Shown here piece after piece: positions 13,001-26,700 of a stretch of DNA of 64,000 nucleotides. The notes under the pieces are model-generated. The model saw only the letters and a program-made list of their open reading frames with translations, was not told where the DNA came from and did not search any database. The position numbers and the translations under genes are program-made. The stretch's first letter is position 1; the number at the start of each line of letters is the position of its first letter. The stretch is from Anthoceros angustus (lineage: Eukaryota > Plantae > Anthocerotophyta), in NCBI GenBank assembly GCA_010909165.1, contig MU008176.1, positions 364,856 through 428,855 of the forward strand. Direction: 5' to 3'.

Positions 13001-16000
13001 TGCCGTAATAGGACCCCCCTGTGAGGTGCTTACCCCCTCCTCCGTAGGCTACACACAGTTGCACGGCCTATGTCCTCGCGAGGCGCCACGTCGCACATCG
13101 CCCCGCCTGCTTGGGTTGGTTGCGCCAATGTCGGTGGCGGTTTCGACTAGTAGTGGACTCCACCGTCGTTGGTCGGCAACATGTAGGTGAGGTTTCGGCT
13201 ACCTCGGTTCTTTGCTTCCTTCCGCTCGGTAGGCCCTTCCGCTACTCGATCGTGGTCCTGCTACCCCTTCCCTTTGTCTTTTCGGCCCGGCGTGCCTCAT
13301 CCGCTCCGCTTATATCGCTCCGCTAGCTTATGGGCCTTTTCCACGAGGCCGCTTCACGCTCTGGGCTCGCAACAACTCCCCGCATCTCTGGTTCGTCTCG
13401 TGGGCATCCTTAATTTGAGCCATGAGTGCTTCCTGGCTCGTCATGGCTTGCAACTTCTCACAGGCCTGCACCTTCTTGAATCTTGGCCCTTATTTCCTCT
13501 AGGTTCCGCTTGTCTTCCTCCATTGCTTGCGCTTGGCCTCCTCTTCACAAACTGGCCTTCACCACTTCCTCCGTCGCCCGCACATCGAGCGTGAGAGCTA
13601 AAGCCGCTTGATCCAACAACCGCTTGGGCCCGGATCATCGGCGTGGTCGGCTCTGCAAGTCCACTTGTTGTGGCCCCGCGACGCCATCCCTCCGTCGAGA
13701 ACTTTCCTCCCAGCAGTGCGCACCCTCACCAATTCGGTTGCATCCACCTCTGTTGCGGTGGAGTCCCCTTGAAAATCTCTTCCCATCGAGGAGGGTCCGC
13801 CTCGAGGTCGCCCCTAAACCCTCCGGAGTTGATTCATCATCGCATCCAGTCCAAAAATTGTCCTCGGATCGCGCCTCCTCTTCTGCCACCTCCAAGCTGC
13901 CGTTTGGCTTTCATCAGGCGCCTGCTGACTGTGACGCGCATCCGCCTTCACCTTTTGCCGATGCCGCCTTCACCCCGGTCTTCCTCCTTTTCTTTGGTGG
14001 GAATTTCCTTCTCTTCCTCCGAACTGCCTGTCGCCACCGACTCCCAGCTATCCGATTTTTCCTCCTTGGGCTCCTCCGCCTTCCATTTCACCTCCCTAAC
14101 CGGCTTCCACATGTGGAGGAGGCTACAATCTCCACCTCCGCAGCTAGCGTAAACATAAAGATGGACCGAAATGGTGAGATTAGAGAGGCCGAGGCGAGGA
14201 AATCAAGTTCAACCTCTCTTCACACAACTTGTCAAGAGAATTCGCAATCGATCTTCGCCTTGACCACTTCATGAAGGAACGAAGTGGTCGACAAATAATC
14301 CCTTCTTGTCTGCGAAACATAGGAGCCACTGGCGGACCCATCAAGCTGCTGTTGCCAAATCCTCGTCAACCAGCCGTTGGGTTCGCGACCACGCCCGCTT
14401 TAACGTATGCTGCCGCGTGCTTCTTTTCTGACGGCTCCATCACCAACCCGCCCGCCTCCTCTTCCGCCCATACACCCTCTAACCAGCCTGGTCCCAACTC
14501 GCTCTAAATCCCCTTTGGTGTTGTCCTTGGTGTGCGCACACTCTGCATCCCTGTGTTCATGTAATTCCACCGCTCTTCCATGAAACCCGGCTTGACTCCT
14601 TCACAGCTCACTCGAACTTTCCAATGATCCATGTTCGGCCATTGGGCAAGCACAATTCGGTGGTGACCTTGGCGCCATCCCTCTCACGGTCTTCACGGTC
14701 TCGCGCCACAAACCAACGCCACCTCGCTGCGAATTTCACGGAGGTCGGTCTCGGGGTTCCTACCTCGGTTCTTTGCTTCCTTCCGCTCGGTAGGCCCTTC
14801 CGCTACTCGATCGTGGTCCTGCTACCCGCTTCCCTTCCCTTTGTCTTTTCGGCCCGGCCACGTGCCTCATCCGCTCCGCTTATATCGCTCCGCTAGCTTA
14901 TGGGCCTTTTCCACGAGGCCGCTTCACGCTCTGGGCAACAACTCCCCTGCATCTCTGGTTCGTCTCGTGGGCATCCTTAATTTGAGCCATGAGTGCTTCC
15001 TGCTCGTCATGGCTTGCAACTTCTCACAGGCCTGCACAAATCTTCTTGAATCTTGGCCCTTATTTCCTCTAGGTTCCGCTTGTCTTCCTCCGTTGCTTGC
15101 GCTTGGCCTCCTCGTCAAACTGGCCTTCACCACTTCCTCCGTCGCCCCTGCACAGGCGGTGAGAGCTAAAGCCGCTTGATCCAACAAATCGCTTGGGCCC
15201 GGATCGCGTGGTCGGCTCACGCAAGTCCACTTGTTGTGGCGGCCCACGCCATCCCTCATCGAGAACTTTCCTCCCAGCAGTGCGCACCCTCACCAATTGG
15301 TTGCATCCACCTCTGTTGCGGTGGAGTCCCCTTGAAAATCTCTTCCCATCTTTGAGGAGGGTCCGCCTCAGGTCGCCTAAACCCTCGGAGTTGATTCATC
15401 ATCGCATCCGGTCAAAATTGTCCTCGGATCGCGCCTCCTCTTCGCCACCTCCAAGCTGCCGTTTGGCTTTCATTTTCATGGCGTTTTTGACGTGGCCGCA
15501 TCCGCCTTCACCTTTTTCGGATGCCTTCACCCCGGTCTTCCTCCTCTTTGGTGGAATTTCCTTCTCCTCCTCCAGGCGCCTGTCGCCACCGACTCCCAGC
15601 TATCCGATTTTTCCTCCTTGGGCTCCTCCGCCTTCCATTTCACCTCCCTAACCGGCTTCCACATGTGGAGGAGGCTACAATCTCCACCTCCGCAGCTAGC
15701 GTAAACATAAAGATGGACCGAAATGGTGAGATTAGAGAGGCCGAGGCGAGGAAATCAAGTTCAACCTCTCTTCACACAACTTGTCAAGAGAATTCGCAAT
15801 CGATCTTCGCCTTGACCACTTCATGAAGGAGCGGCAAGTGGTCGACAAATAATCCCTTCTTGTCTGCGAAACATAGGAGCCACTGGCGGACCCATCAAGC
15901 TGCTGTTGCCAAATCCTCGTCAACCAGCCGTTGGGTTCGCGACCACGCCCGCTTTAACGTATGCTGCCGCGTGCTTCTTTTCTGACGGCTCCATCACCAA

Positions 16001-17442
16001 CCCGCCCGCCTCCTCTTCGCCACCTCCAAGCCTTTGGCTTTCATTTTTCTGGCGCCCGTTTTCGACGTGGCCGCATCCACCTTCACCTTTTTCGATGCCT
16101 TCACCCCGGTCTTCCTCCTTTTCTTTGGTGGGAATTTCCTTCTCCTCCTCCAGCGCCACCGACTATCCGATTTTTCCTCCTTGGGCTCCTCCGCCTTCCA
16201 TTTCACCTCCCTAACCGGCTTCCACATGTGGAGGAGGCTACAATCTCCACCTGGCGGGGCAGTTAGCGTAAACATAAAGATGGACGAAATGGTGAGATTA
16301 GAGAGGGGGCGAGGAAATCAAGTTCAACCTCTCTTCACACAACTTGTCAAGAGAATTCGCAATCGATCTTCGCCTTGACCACTTCATGAAGGAGCGGCAA
16401 GTGGTCGACAAATAATCCCTTCTTGTCTGCGAAACATAGGAACCACGGCGGACCCATCAAGCTGCTGTTGCCAAATCCCTCGTCAACCAGTTGGGTTCGC
16501 GTCGCCCGCTTTAACGGGCGGCTGCTTCTGCCGTGCTTCTTTTCTGGGCGGCTCCATCACCAACCCGCCCGCCTCCTCCTTGCGACACCCTCTAACCAGC
16601 TCCGGTCCCAATCCTGCGGCTTCGCTCTAAATCCCCTTTGGTGTTGTCCTTGGTGTGCGCACACTCTGCATCCCTGTGTTCATGTAATTCCACCGCTCTT
16701 CCATGAAACCCGGCTTGACTCCTTCACAGCTCACTCGAACTTTCCAATGATCCATGTTCGGCCATTGGGCAAGCACAATTCGGTGGTGACCTTGGCGCCA
16801 TCCCTCTCACGGTCTTCACGGTCTCGCGCCACAAACCAACGCCACCTCGCTGCGAATTTCACGGAGGTCGGTCTCGGGGTTCCTACCTCCTCGGCAAGGC
16901 GCGCTGTCGCCGCGCCTTCCTCCTCTGCGTCGCGCCTCGCGATGTCGGCGACGGGGTTGAGCTCCTTCCCGTCGTTGCGCCTCGCGCCTCCTGCGATCAC
17001 GGTGCAACGCCTCGACGCCGCGCTCACCGTCCGCGCTCGCTCGCTCCCGTCCGGCCGTTGCGCTCCGTTGTTTGAGCGGGATTACATCATTTCCTAGGGT
17101 TAAGTTTCCCGGGTTCCCCTACTCTGTTACCTCGACCGCTTCCACATCCCAATCCACAACCCACACTCATTCGCTACTGCTTGGTCGACCCCAACTTATA
17201 GACTCTAATTATTCCAAACCCCCTATCTCACATATATAGACTTTTTAGGGAACATTAGTCCATGGGCCAAGGAACACCAAATTCCGGACCATTTATTTTC
17301 TAACCTAAAATCAAAACAAAAGAACTCCATAGGCCAAGGACATTTTTCTATGAATATCCCACTACCAACCGACTTATTTTCACACCACTCCCAAAAACAA
17401 AAAAAACACTTCGCAGACAGGGTTTCAAGACTAGATCCTACA
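10020..17442 (-). repeat. 3' LTR of the gypsy element (7.4 kb; ~3.8 kb core plus three internal tandem duplications)
   Basis: Minus strand begins TGTAGGATC right after the PPT. The plus-strand start TGTGGGTGTGGATTCGTG matches 23736. Duplication junctions lie near 12141, 14761 and 16010. Confidence 0.88.
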
Positions 17443-17444
17443 TA

Positions 17445-17454
17445 CTCCCTTCTC
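17445..17454 (-). other. Polypurine tract
   Basis: GAGAAGGGAG on the minus strand, 2 nt before the LTR TG; overlaps a probable pol stop codon (AAA TGA GAA GGG AG). Confidence 0.8.
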
Positions 17455-20400
17455 ATTTGTTGGCGTCCTCGCCAACTTATGTATAATACTTCTTGACCCT
17501 CCACCCATTGACTCGGGTTGGTAGTGGAGCCACCTAGTTCTTGCGGTAGCTGCATCCATTTGAAAGACTTATATGGCCCCATCCATCGAAGGTGGAGCTT
17601 GCCGGAAAGTGCATGTACCTATTGTCGTGCAATGAGGCCAAGTCACCGGAACTACCCACTCTTGCTTCCAACCATTGTCATGCCATATTTTCCGTTTACT
17701 TTGAATATCACGCATGACGCTCAACGCTCCCTATCCTCTGTATGTTTAGCGGTGACCAGGCGTTCGGTGACTTTCCTCGCCAACTTATGTATAATACTTC
17801 TTGACCCTCCACCCATTGACTCGGGTTGGTAGTGGAGCCACCTAGTTCTTGCGGTTATCGGATCCATTTGAAGAACCTATGGCCCCATCCATCGAAGGTG
17901 GAGCTTGCCGGAAAGTGCATGTACCTATTGTCGTAAATTGAGGCCAAGTCACAATACCACTCTTGCTTCCATGGCTGTCATGCCATATTTTCCGTTTCTT
18001 TGAATATCACGCATGACGCTCACGCCTGCCCTATCCTCTGTATGTTTAGCGAAGCGACCAGGCGTTCGGTGACTTTCCTCTCGCCATGCGGTTAGTTTCG
18101 GATACGCAGGTGGGAATTTCAAACTCAATAGGCATTAGGAGAATGGCCGTAGGTGAGGTAGTACGGTGTTTGTTGCGTTGTTATTTTCTGCGATCCTGTA
18201 TGCCTGAGCGGAGTGAAGCTTAAGATCCCAGACGCGTATTCCACCGTTAGCTTGTTGAGGATCCCGCAAGCGCCTTTTCCGTTAAGCCATTTGCCTTGGG
18301 ATTATAAGGAGTCGTTTTCGTATAACGTTGAAGTAGATCGTCATATGAGATATAACCGTTGACGAAATGTGACCCGTCACAAGCTCCAAGGGACGACCAT
18401 ATCGGTGATAATCATTCATAGAGGAACGCCACTACATGAGTGTGTCTACTGCGGTGCTTGGGCTTCCACCATACGCGTGTCTGTGCCACGAGGATGTATT
18501 GGTTTTGTCGCGTCCTCGTTTTGGTATGGGACCAACAAAGTCTATTCCCCATTTCTCGAATGGCGCGGGGCCAATATCGGAACCATTGGCCATTGAGTGG
18601 TTGCGACGGTTTCCCAACCCTCGGCGTGCATCGCGTTTAACAAACTCCTAGCATCACGATGCATGGTTTGCCACCGATTACCCGTTTCAAGCACCTTCTT
18701 GCACGTGATATGTGCGAAAATGTCCTCCGCTTCCCCTCGTGCATCTCCACAAGACTCGGATAACTGCTCCTTGTTACCCATAACTGTCCGCCCATCCGGT
18801 CCCGACATTGATTGTCTTTGCGTCGTACAAGCGGATAATAGTGCACAACGCCTTGGGTTTCAAAGATCCGATGGTATTTTCTGCTTCCAAGAATTCCATC
18901 ATCTCCTCGTGAGTGGGCCTTGTGTATCCGTTCTCCCTTCTCATTTCTGCCGAGCCACCATTTACCCTCGCCTTATGGTTCGTGCTTCCTCTAACGCCGC
19001 AGAGCTTCATCGGGAAAATCGTCGTTTTGGTCTGTGTAACCTCCTCTGCCTCTCGAAATGTAATCTGCATTCACATGTTTACTCCTCCTGGTCTCCACCG
19101 TGAGCGTGAATTCTTGCGAGTAGGATCCATCTTGCTATGCGTCCGGACAAGTCGGTTTGTTTACGGTGTTTGAGGCGAAGTGGTCCACATGGAAGACGAA
19201 CTCGTGGGATAGCAAATAGTGACGAAACTTGCGAACCGAGTACACCATCCCAGCGCCTCCTCTCGGTGGTGGTATACTTCTTCTGCTGAGCTGCCTCCTG
19301 CATAATAGATTGGATAATCGTGCTTCTTGTCATCCCTTTGGCTTAGAATGGTACCGATTGCATAGGCGAAACGTCTACAAACACGTGGAACTTCTTGTTC
19401 GGTCGGCCCCAGCGTGGGTCTTGTGATCGGTGGTGCGAAGATCATTGAAGGCCTCCTCTCGTTTTGCGTCCATTCCACTCCGGTCCTTGGGCAGAAGCGG
19501 AGCTGCCTTCCGGAGAAATTCTTCACAAACCTTCGATAATAGCCTACCATTCCGAGGAATCCCTAAGCTCCTTGATTGTGGTAGGTGGCTTGAGGCGGTA
19601 ATGATTTTGACCTTATCCGGGTCGACCTCTATAAAATGCGGTGCCCCAACAAAATACCCTCGGCATGCCGAAATAACATTTCGGGATGTAGACACAATTG
19701 GTCTGTTCCGCACATTTGCGAAGGTGGTTGAGGTGATCTTCGCCGCTCCAAACACGCAGAAGTCATCCGAAGACCTCCATGAAGTCCCTAAGGTATTCCT
19801 TGAAAATCTTGACAACCCGCATGAAGGATCACGGTGCCCTGTTAATCCGAACGCTCGCTTTGTAGGCATAGGTTCCCGATCGTAGTGAAGGGTTAGGGGC
19901 CAATCACTCTCCACGAGATGTGTTATACCGAATACCCATCCGAACGAGTAGACCATTCTCCTGCAACTAAGTCCGATGTTGTCTATGAATGGAAGCGGGT
20001 AATGGTCTTTTTGGTCACCTTGTTTAACTTCCTCCAATCTGGCGGGTATCTTCCCTTACGCTTTTGGGAACCACCACAATTGGGGCTACCCACCGATGTC
20101 ACAATAGGATATATGACGCGCCGCAAGTAAAGCTCCAATTGTTCCTTTACCTTCAGAATACTTTGGATTTAGCTTGTATTGCGGTATCCGACCGCACACC
20201 CGGCTCGAGATCAATCTTGTGCTCCCCACTCCCTCGGTATACCCCTTCATGTCCGTAACGTCAAAAGCAAAACGTGGATAAATTCCATGTTGTTTCATAC
20301 CCCTTTCCAAGTCTGCATTCATCCTGCTCGAAAACTTAAGGACCTTGCCGCAACACTTCCACATCCTTGACCTCATCCGTCTGCATTCCACTCTCTCTCC

Positions 20401-23400
20401 ACCGGCGGATGTGATGCGAACCCTTCCTCATTGTCTTGGTTCTCCTTGCGCATTCCCCATTCCGGAATAGGTCGTCGAGGTAAACGTGAGACACCCTCCT
20501 CGCACCCTCAAGTTTGTCCGGATCGTCGCTCCCGGCTCGACCACCTCTACTTCTGTTCCTCGACCTCCGTCTGGTCTCCTCGGTCCGACCACCGGGTTGT
20601 CAATTGTGACTCCATAGCACCCTAATAGGTTGATGGAATGGGAATATCTCTCCGAATCGTCCTCTTCATCGACCACGAAATATGTGCGAATGGGAATTTC
20701 TCCTTCTCATCCTCTCCCCAGGTATCTTGAGGTGTATCCCTCCGTTTCGTGGGTGTCTCCCTGCGTCGTATCTCTGCTCCAAGTCAAACATATCCTTCCT
20801 CCTTAATTTTGGGGTCCCAGAGGTTTGAATCCCACTTCCTTTCTCGCCCATTTGAAGGTGCAACGTGCCCCATACATCCATGTTCGTCAATGAGAACCTC
20901 ATACCGGCGCTTTTTGTTTAATGACCACGTAGTCCATGAGGTGCGGAATGGTACCAATATGGGTTAGGACTCCGTCACTCCCTCGCGCCATTTTGGACAT
21001 GTCCGCCACCGCAACACCTTTGATGTATGTTCTATCGCAACCCAAGCTTAGGCGGTCTCCTCTGTCATGATGTTGACTCGACCCGGAATCTAGCGGCACC
21101 TTCTTGATTACACATCCCGCAATTTCTATCAGCTCAGCAGACCCCAGTCCATCATGGCCACCATATTCACAAAGAAGGATTCGGCCTTGGGGTGGAAAGG
21201 TTCCGTCTCTTCTTGGGTTGTGCCGCCTTCAATGCCCCAGTTCTTTGGCGGTCGGATTGTCCTCGAGAGCTTCAACGTTATCATGAACTTTTGGTCCATG
21301 ATAGCCCGCCAAATTGAAAGGAACACTGTTTTCTGCTTTCTCCTTGCCAACCCCACCGTCATTTCGAGCGCTATGTTGATGTTGCGGTCGTTGAAGCAGG
21401 TGGCGGTAGGTGGGTCGGTGGGTCGATGGCCAAAAGGTACGATGCTGAGTCTGTTCGATTCTTGTCGGATCATATCCATAACCTTCCTCGACATCCGGAA
21501 ACGCCGACTCATCCTTTTTTCCTCTTGCGGGTTTTCGCCCCATGTGTCGACTCGAGTCCCACGCCGTTTGTCCTCGTTGCACTTCACCCTCGAATCCAGC
21601 GGTCTCGGTAAGGGAGTTACACGTGATGCCATCCAAATCGCAACCCTCGCGTTAAGTGTGGCGTTCGTGCCTTGCTCCCGTCCATTTTGGATTCGCATGC
21701 CCTTTTCTTTTGACTCCCATACGAGTCCCTCGTTTTGTGGTTGGACTTCTTCCTTCCCGCTTTGATGAAGACGCCTCTTCCTCCTCACTTGCGGACGTTA
21801 TGGAAGCTCCCACTCCGTTCTTCTTCCTTTTTTCCCGCTCCCCTTCTTAGGGTGTCCGCCTTCCTCCCGCGTCCAACAGCCCATCGCAGGAGTTCCGTAA
21901 TACCCACTATCCACATCCCCAACCCTTCCGGGCTCCTCAAGACAGCCTCGGAATCCTCCCATACGCCCATGAGCGCATCTTGACTTGCATTGCAGCGGCT
22001 TTGTCATGCGGGGTGGGTCGCCAGAATCGGAGGTTGAGCGATCCTCACTGTTTTCGGTGTCCGCAGGAGCGCTGCCACGTGACGATTGCTTGCGGTCCAC
22101 ACACGACCTTTCAAAATCACCATTCCCTGGCGAGATGCGGAGGGGCATCCATCGCAAGATGCCCGAACCCTCGGCAATTGTAACACTGACGGCACTCATT
22201 TGCCCGGGTTCCTTGCCATCGATTGCGAATGCCCATGCACGTGGGGTTTCGCAAACTCGAGGTACAAAGTTTTGGTACCAGATCGGTGTTGCCTCTTGAA
22301 TTTGGTATGTATCTTCCAAGCACATCTCCTCATCCTCTTCCTCGTAGCCCGATGGTTGCACTTTTGTTTGTGGACGTTCGACCTCGAGTGCCCTGTCCAC
22401 AAGTTGAGCGAAGAGATTCGCCGCTCCGAGCAACCCTTCTTCTATCATGGTCCTTGATGGCATTAAGATGGAGTTTCTCGGTTTGACCATCATTTCCTCC
22501 ATCTTGTTCCTTGTTGCTCCACTTTTTGGCTGCTTCCACCTCTCTTCTCACCGCTCCGTCCTTTCGTGCATATAGCTCCTTCCCTTTTGCACGTCGTCTT
22601 GTTTCCCGTCATTTTTCCCTTCTTCCTTCTATCCCTTGATTGCGCTCACCTTCGAATTCTCCTCCGAATCCTCACCGGTCTCCTCTTCCGTGGAGCTACC
22701 CGAGTCGGTTGAAAACTATCCTCCGCTGAATCCATCGGAGGACGAATAGTACTTCTTCTTCTTTTGTATTTCTTTTTGTCCTTCCGCCCTTGTTCGAGTT
22801 CTTCTTCTCTTCGCGTTGGACTCCTCATAGTTCGAGGCTGATCGCCCGATCCAAATCTTTCTCACCGAGACGACGTGCCTTCCCATCTCGCCCAATCCTC
22901 TTGCAAACCGAATGGCCATTAGCTCAGTGCGGACCGGCCCGATCCGTGAGGTGTGGAACCTTTCCACATAAGCTGCAGGTCTCCTTCTTCCCTCTCCGCC
23001 TCGAGTTTGGACAAGACATATCCTTCCACATCGACCCCTCCGAACCTTTCACAAAAGCTCTCTTCAAGGCCCCAAAGTAGGCGGGGTGTGGCGAAGCTAT
23101 GTACTCCGCTTGTACCACTTGGCGCCGCTCGCGTAAGACTCCATAAAGCAGTGGGCACGATCGCATCCTCACGGTTGGCAAGTCGCTCAAAACGCCGACA
23201 AACTCGTCGGGATCCTCATGGCCCTTCTTTTCTCGCACAACGGTAAGATTGTAGTAGTAACGAGCACCGAGTATCGCCATTGGTAGTACTTTCAACGATC
23301 ATGCGGTAGTTGACGCACCACGTGATGACCTCTACATTCACGAAGTTCGACTGGACCGCAGCTGGTCTAGGCACTCGGGAGCAGAGATCAAAAGACAAAG

Positions 23401-23640
23401 TGGAATCGGGGTACCTGGCCCCTTGTACCGCTTCTGTAGTCGAGAGTTGGGAATCTGAATCCGATAAGATCGAATTCCCAACTCCGAGTCGACTCCCTGC
23501 CCCTCTTCCTCGTCCAACAGGTGTGATCTCCGCCCGTGCTCTCCTCGTAACTCTCTGCAATCTTTCCGCTGCTTGGCGTTGCCGTCTTGCCAGAAGCGTT
23601 TCCCCACAGTCAGATCCAGAATCGCTTGTCTCCACCCGAG
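17455..23640 (-). pseudogene. gag-pol of the gypsy element (many frameshifts as assembled)
   Basis: Gag-like region with HEDPDEF; CCHC knuckle CYNCRGFGHLAMD; protease VPLDSGSS; RT KDHYPLPFID and DDFCVFG; RH GYYRRFVKNFS, AIGTILSQ, YPIYYA; integrase PFEKWGIDFVGP; C-terminal RWMGPYK (GPY/F motif). Confidence 0.9.
17466..18085. repeat. 308-bp tandem duplication of the integrase C-terminus
   Basis: TCCTCGCCAACTTATGTATAATACTTC starts at both 17466 and 17774. Confidence 0.85.
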
Positions 23641-23714
23641 GCATCCATCTATCAATCTAGTAATGCTAGACTCTACTTAGGCTATGGTTAGTTCTACCTC
23701 GTCCTGATGAGCAT

Positions 23715-23732
23715 TCCCCGGCAACGGCGCCA
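23715..23732 (-). other. Primer-binding site complementary to tRNA-Asp
   Basis: TGGCGCCGTTGCCGGGGA, 3 nt downstream of the 5' LTR CA; it is the complement of the plant tRNA-Asp(GUC) 3' end TCCCCGGCAACGGCGCCA, the PBS used by Athila elements. Confidence 0.92.
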
Positions 23733-23735
23733 AAA

Positions 23736-26700
23736 TGTGGAGTGTGGATTCGTGTCCGGGGACACCGTGAGGTCCACATTCACCCTCAATGTCGTTGTAG
23801 GCTTAGGATTCGCTCCCAAGGGAATGGTTTGTGCCAAGAGACGCTAACTTCTATCATCGACCTTCACCTAAGTCAAGACTTACTTGCTATTACTCCTCTT
23901 ACCTATCTACTCAACCACTACTACCCCGACTTGTCTAGCCACCTGCTCTTATTCCACGACCGCAAATCTTATTCCACGGCGGTGGCTCTCACGGTAGTTG
24001 CTTGACCACCGAGGTGGGTCCCACACCCAAACCCTAGCGACTTATTTCCGCGCGCGGATCTCGCCACGGCCCATCACGCACGGATCCGGCTTTATTCTCG
24101 CACTCCACACTTCATGCACACACACACCGATTCCTAGGGACCTAAATTCCACAAATCCTCACCGCTCCACACACACACAAGGCGCCACACTCACACAATT
24201 TTACAAGGGAACTGTCCCGACGCTTCCACCACGGTTTGGTTTCTTTTGGATTCACACAATCTCCACCGCTAGCCTCTCAATTAGTTCCCTTCTCAACCCC
24301 TCTCACACCTCGCATCGTCTGATGTTTAGTCACTCCTTCACCCAATCTTCTCCCTCTCTCTCTCTCTCAATTCGCCCACAGCTTCCAACCATCCACTCAA
24401 CACTTCTCTCAATTGAACACAACTAGCGGGGACAAGTGTGAAGGAAGAAGAACCCCAGGCCACAGCGCACGAGCAAGCTCCGGACCGCCCGCCAATCCCT
24501 TGGTTTCCTCCTCCTTTGTCAAAGATTGCTTTATCACCCCTCCTCCCCGGGAGCAAGCTCTCGACCACCCCTAGGGCGTCTCGCGCACCGCCTCAATCGG
24601 ACGTCTCCAACCAGCCACAGCGTGGGGATCTCAACCAGAATTATCGGCGTGAGGGACCTAATTCGCCCCTCTTATACATCGGTGGGGCACCACCGGATTT
24701 TAGGTCCTAAGATGGCTATCGCGAAGGACGCCCCACACCGGAGCGATCCTAGGTCGCAAGATCCTAACCAAATTATCTTTAGGTTGCTACCACCACCTCA
24801 CGCTATCTGCGCCCTACCTCGACTTGGCCTCGCCCCTCATCCTCCATTGCTGCCACGAGCTCTCCGCCCCGCTGGTCGGACGGGTTCTCCACACTACTTC
24901 CACCTCACCGCCACTGGACGTCGAATTTGAGGTGTACCACCTGGGCTTCCGCATCTTCCGGCCTTTATTGCCGAGGATTATTCGGCTCCTCCACCCAAGC
25001 TGGACCTCCTCCTCGCTCAACTCCTCCAAAGTCGCCTCCGCATAATAGGGAGCCAACCCCACACCGCGGTAGAAGTATGCACGGGTCCTCACTTGCGATG
25101 GGTAGGCCACGATCCCTCCTATTTCCACACGCACATGGGCGGTGAGGTTAAGCACGCGTTCTCCATTCACATATAGACCGAGCACATAAGTTTCCTCATC
25201 CATGTGCCGTAATATAATAGGACCCGCACTGAGAGGTGCTTACCCCTCCTCCCGTAGGCTACACACAGTTGCACAGCCTATGTCCTCGCGAGGCGCCACG
25301 TCTCGCCCGCCCCGCACCTTGGGTTGGTTGCGCCAATGTCGGTGGCGGTTTCGACTATGTAGTGGACTCCACGACCGTGCGCTCAAGAACGCGTAGGTGA
25401 GGTTTCGGCTACCTCGGTTGCTGCTTCCTTCCGTTCGGTAGTTCCTTCCGCTACCCGATCGTGGTCCTGCTACCCGCTTCCCCTTCCCTTTGTCTTTTCT
25501 GGCTCGGCCACGTGCCTCATCCCGCTCCCGTTTATACCGCTCCGCTAGCTTATGGGCCTTTTCCACTGAGGCCGCCTCCTGCTCCTGGGCTCGCAACAAC
25601 TCCCCCTGCATCTCCTGGTTCGTCTCGTGGGCATCCTTAATTTGAGCCATGAGTGCTTCCTGCTGGCTCGTCATGGCTTGCAACTTCTCACAGGCCTGCA
25701 CAAATCTTCTTGAATCTTGGCCCTTATTTCCTCTAGGTTCCGCTTGTCTTCCTCCGATTGCTTGCGCTTGGCCTCCTCTTCACAAACTGCCTTCACCACT
25801 TCCTCCGTCGCCCCTGAGCGGTGAGAGCTAAAGCCGCTTGATCCAACAACCGCTTGGGCGGATCATCGGCGTGGTCGCCCCGCAAGTCCACTTGTTGTGG
25901 CGGCCCCGCGCCGACGCCATCCCTCCGTCGAGAACTTTCCTCCCGCAGGTGCGCACCCTCACCAATTCGGTTGCATCCACCTCTGTTGCGCTGGAGTCCC
26001 CTTGAAAATCTCTTCCCATGCCGAGGAGGGTCCGCCTCGAGGTCGACCCTAAACCCTCCGGAGTTGATTCATCATCGCATCCAGTCGCAAAATTGTCCTC
26101 GGATCGCGCCTCCTCTTCGCCACCTCCAAGCTGGTTTGGCTTTCATTTTCAGGCGCCTGCTGACTGGTGACGCGCATCCGCCTTCACCTTTTGCCGATGC
26201 CGCCTTCACCCCGGTCTTCCTCCTTTTCTTTGGTGGGAATTTCCTTCTCCTCCTCCAGCCTGCGCCACCGACTCCCGGCTATCCGATTTTTCCTCCTTGG
26301 GCTCCTCCGCCTTCCATTTCACCTCCCTAACCGGCTTCCACATGTGGAGGAGGCTACAATCTCCACCTCGCAGCTTAGCGTAAACATAAAGATGGACCAG
26401 AAATGGTGAGATTAGAGAGGGCCGAGGGGCAGAGGAAATCAGGTTCAACCTCTCTTCACACAACTTGTCGAAGAGAATTCGCCCCCAATCGATCTTCGCC
26501 CCCTTGACCACTTCATGAAGGAACAGCAGCAAGTGGTCAGACAAATAATCCTGCTTCTTGTGCTGCAGGAAACATAGGAGCCACCTGGCCAGACCCATCA
26601 ACTGCGCTGTTGCCAAATCCCTCGTCAACCAGCCGTTGGGTTCGCGAATTACGCCCGCTTTAACCAGGGCGGCTGCTGCTGCTGCCGTGCTTCTTTTCCT

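Noticed and set aside
17223-17832. env-like ORF between pol and the 3' LTR
   Set aside because: The ORFs here are the duplicated integrase tail or its antisense. Pol reaches the PPT and no TM-bearing ORF is present.
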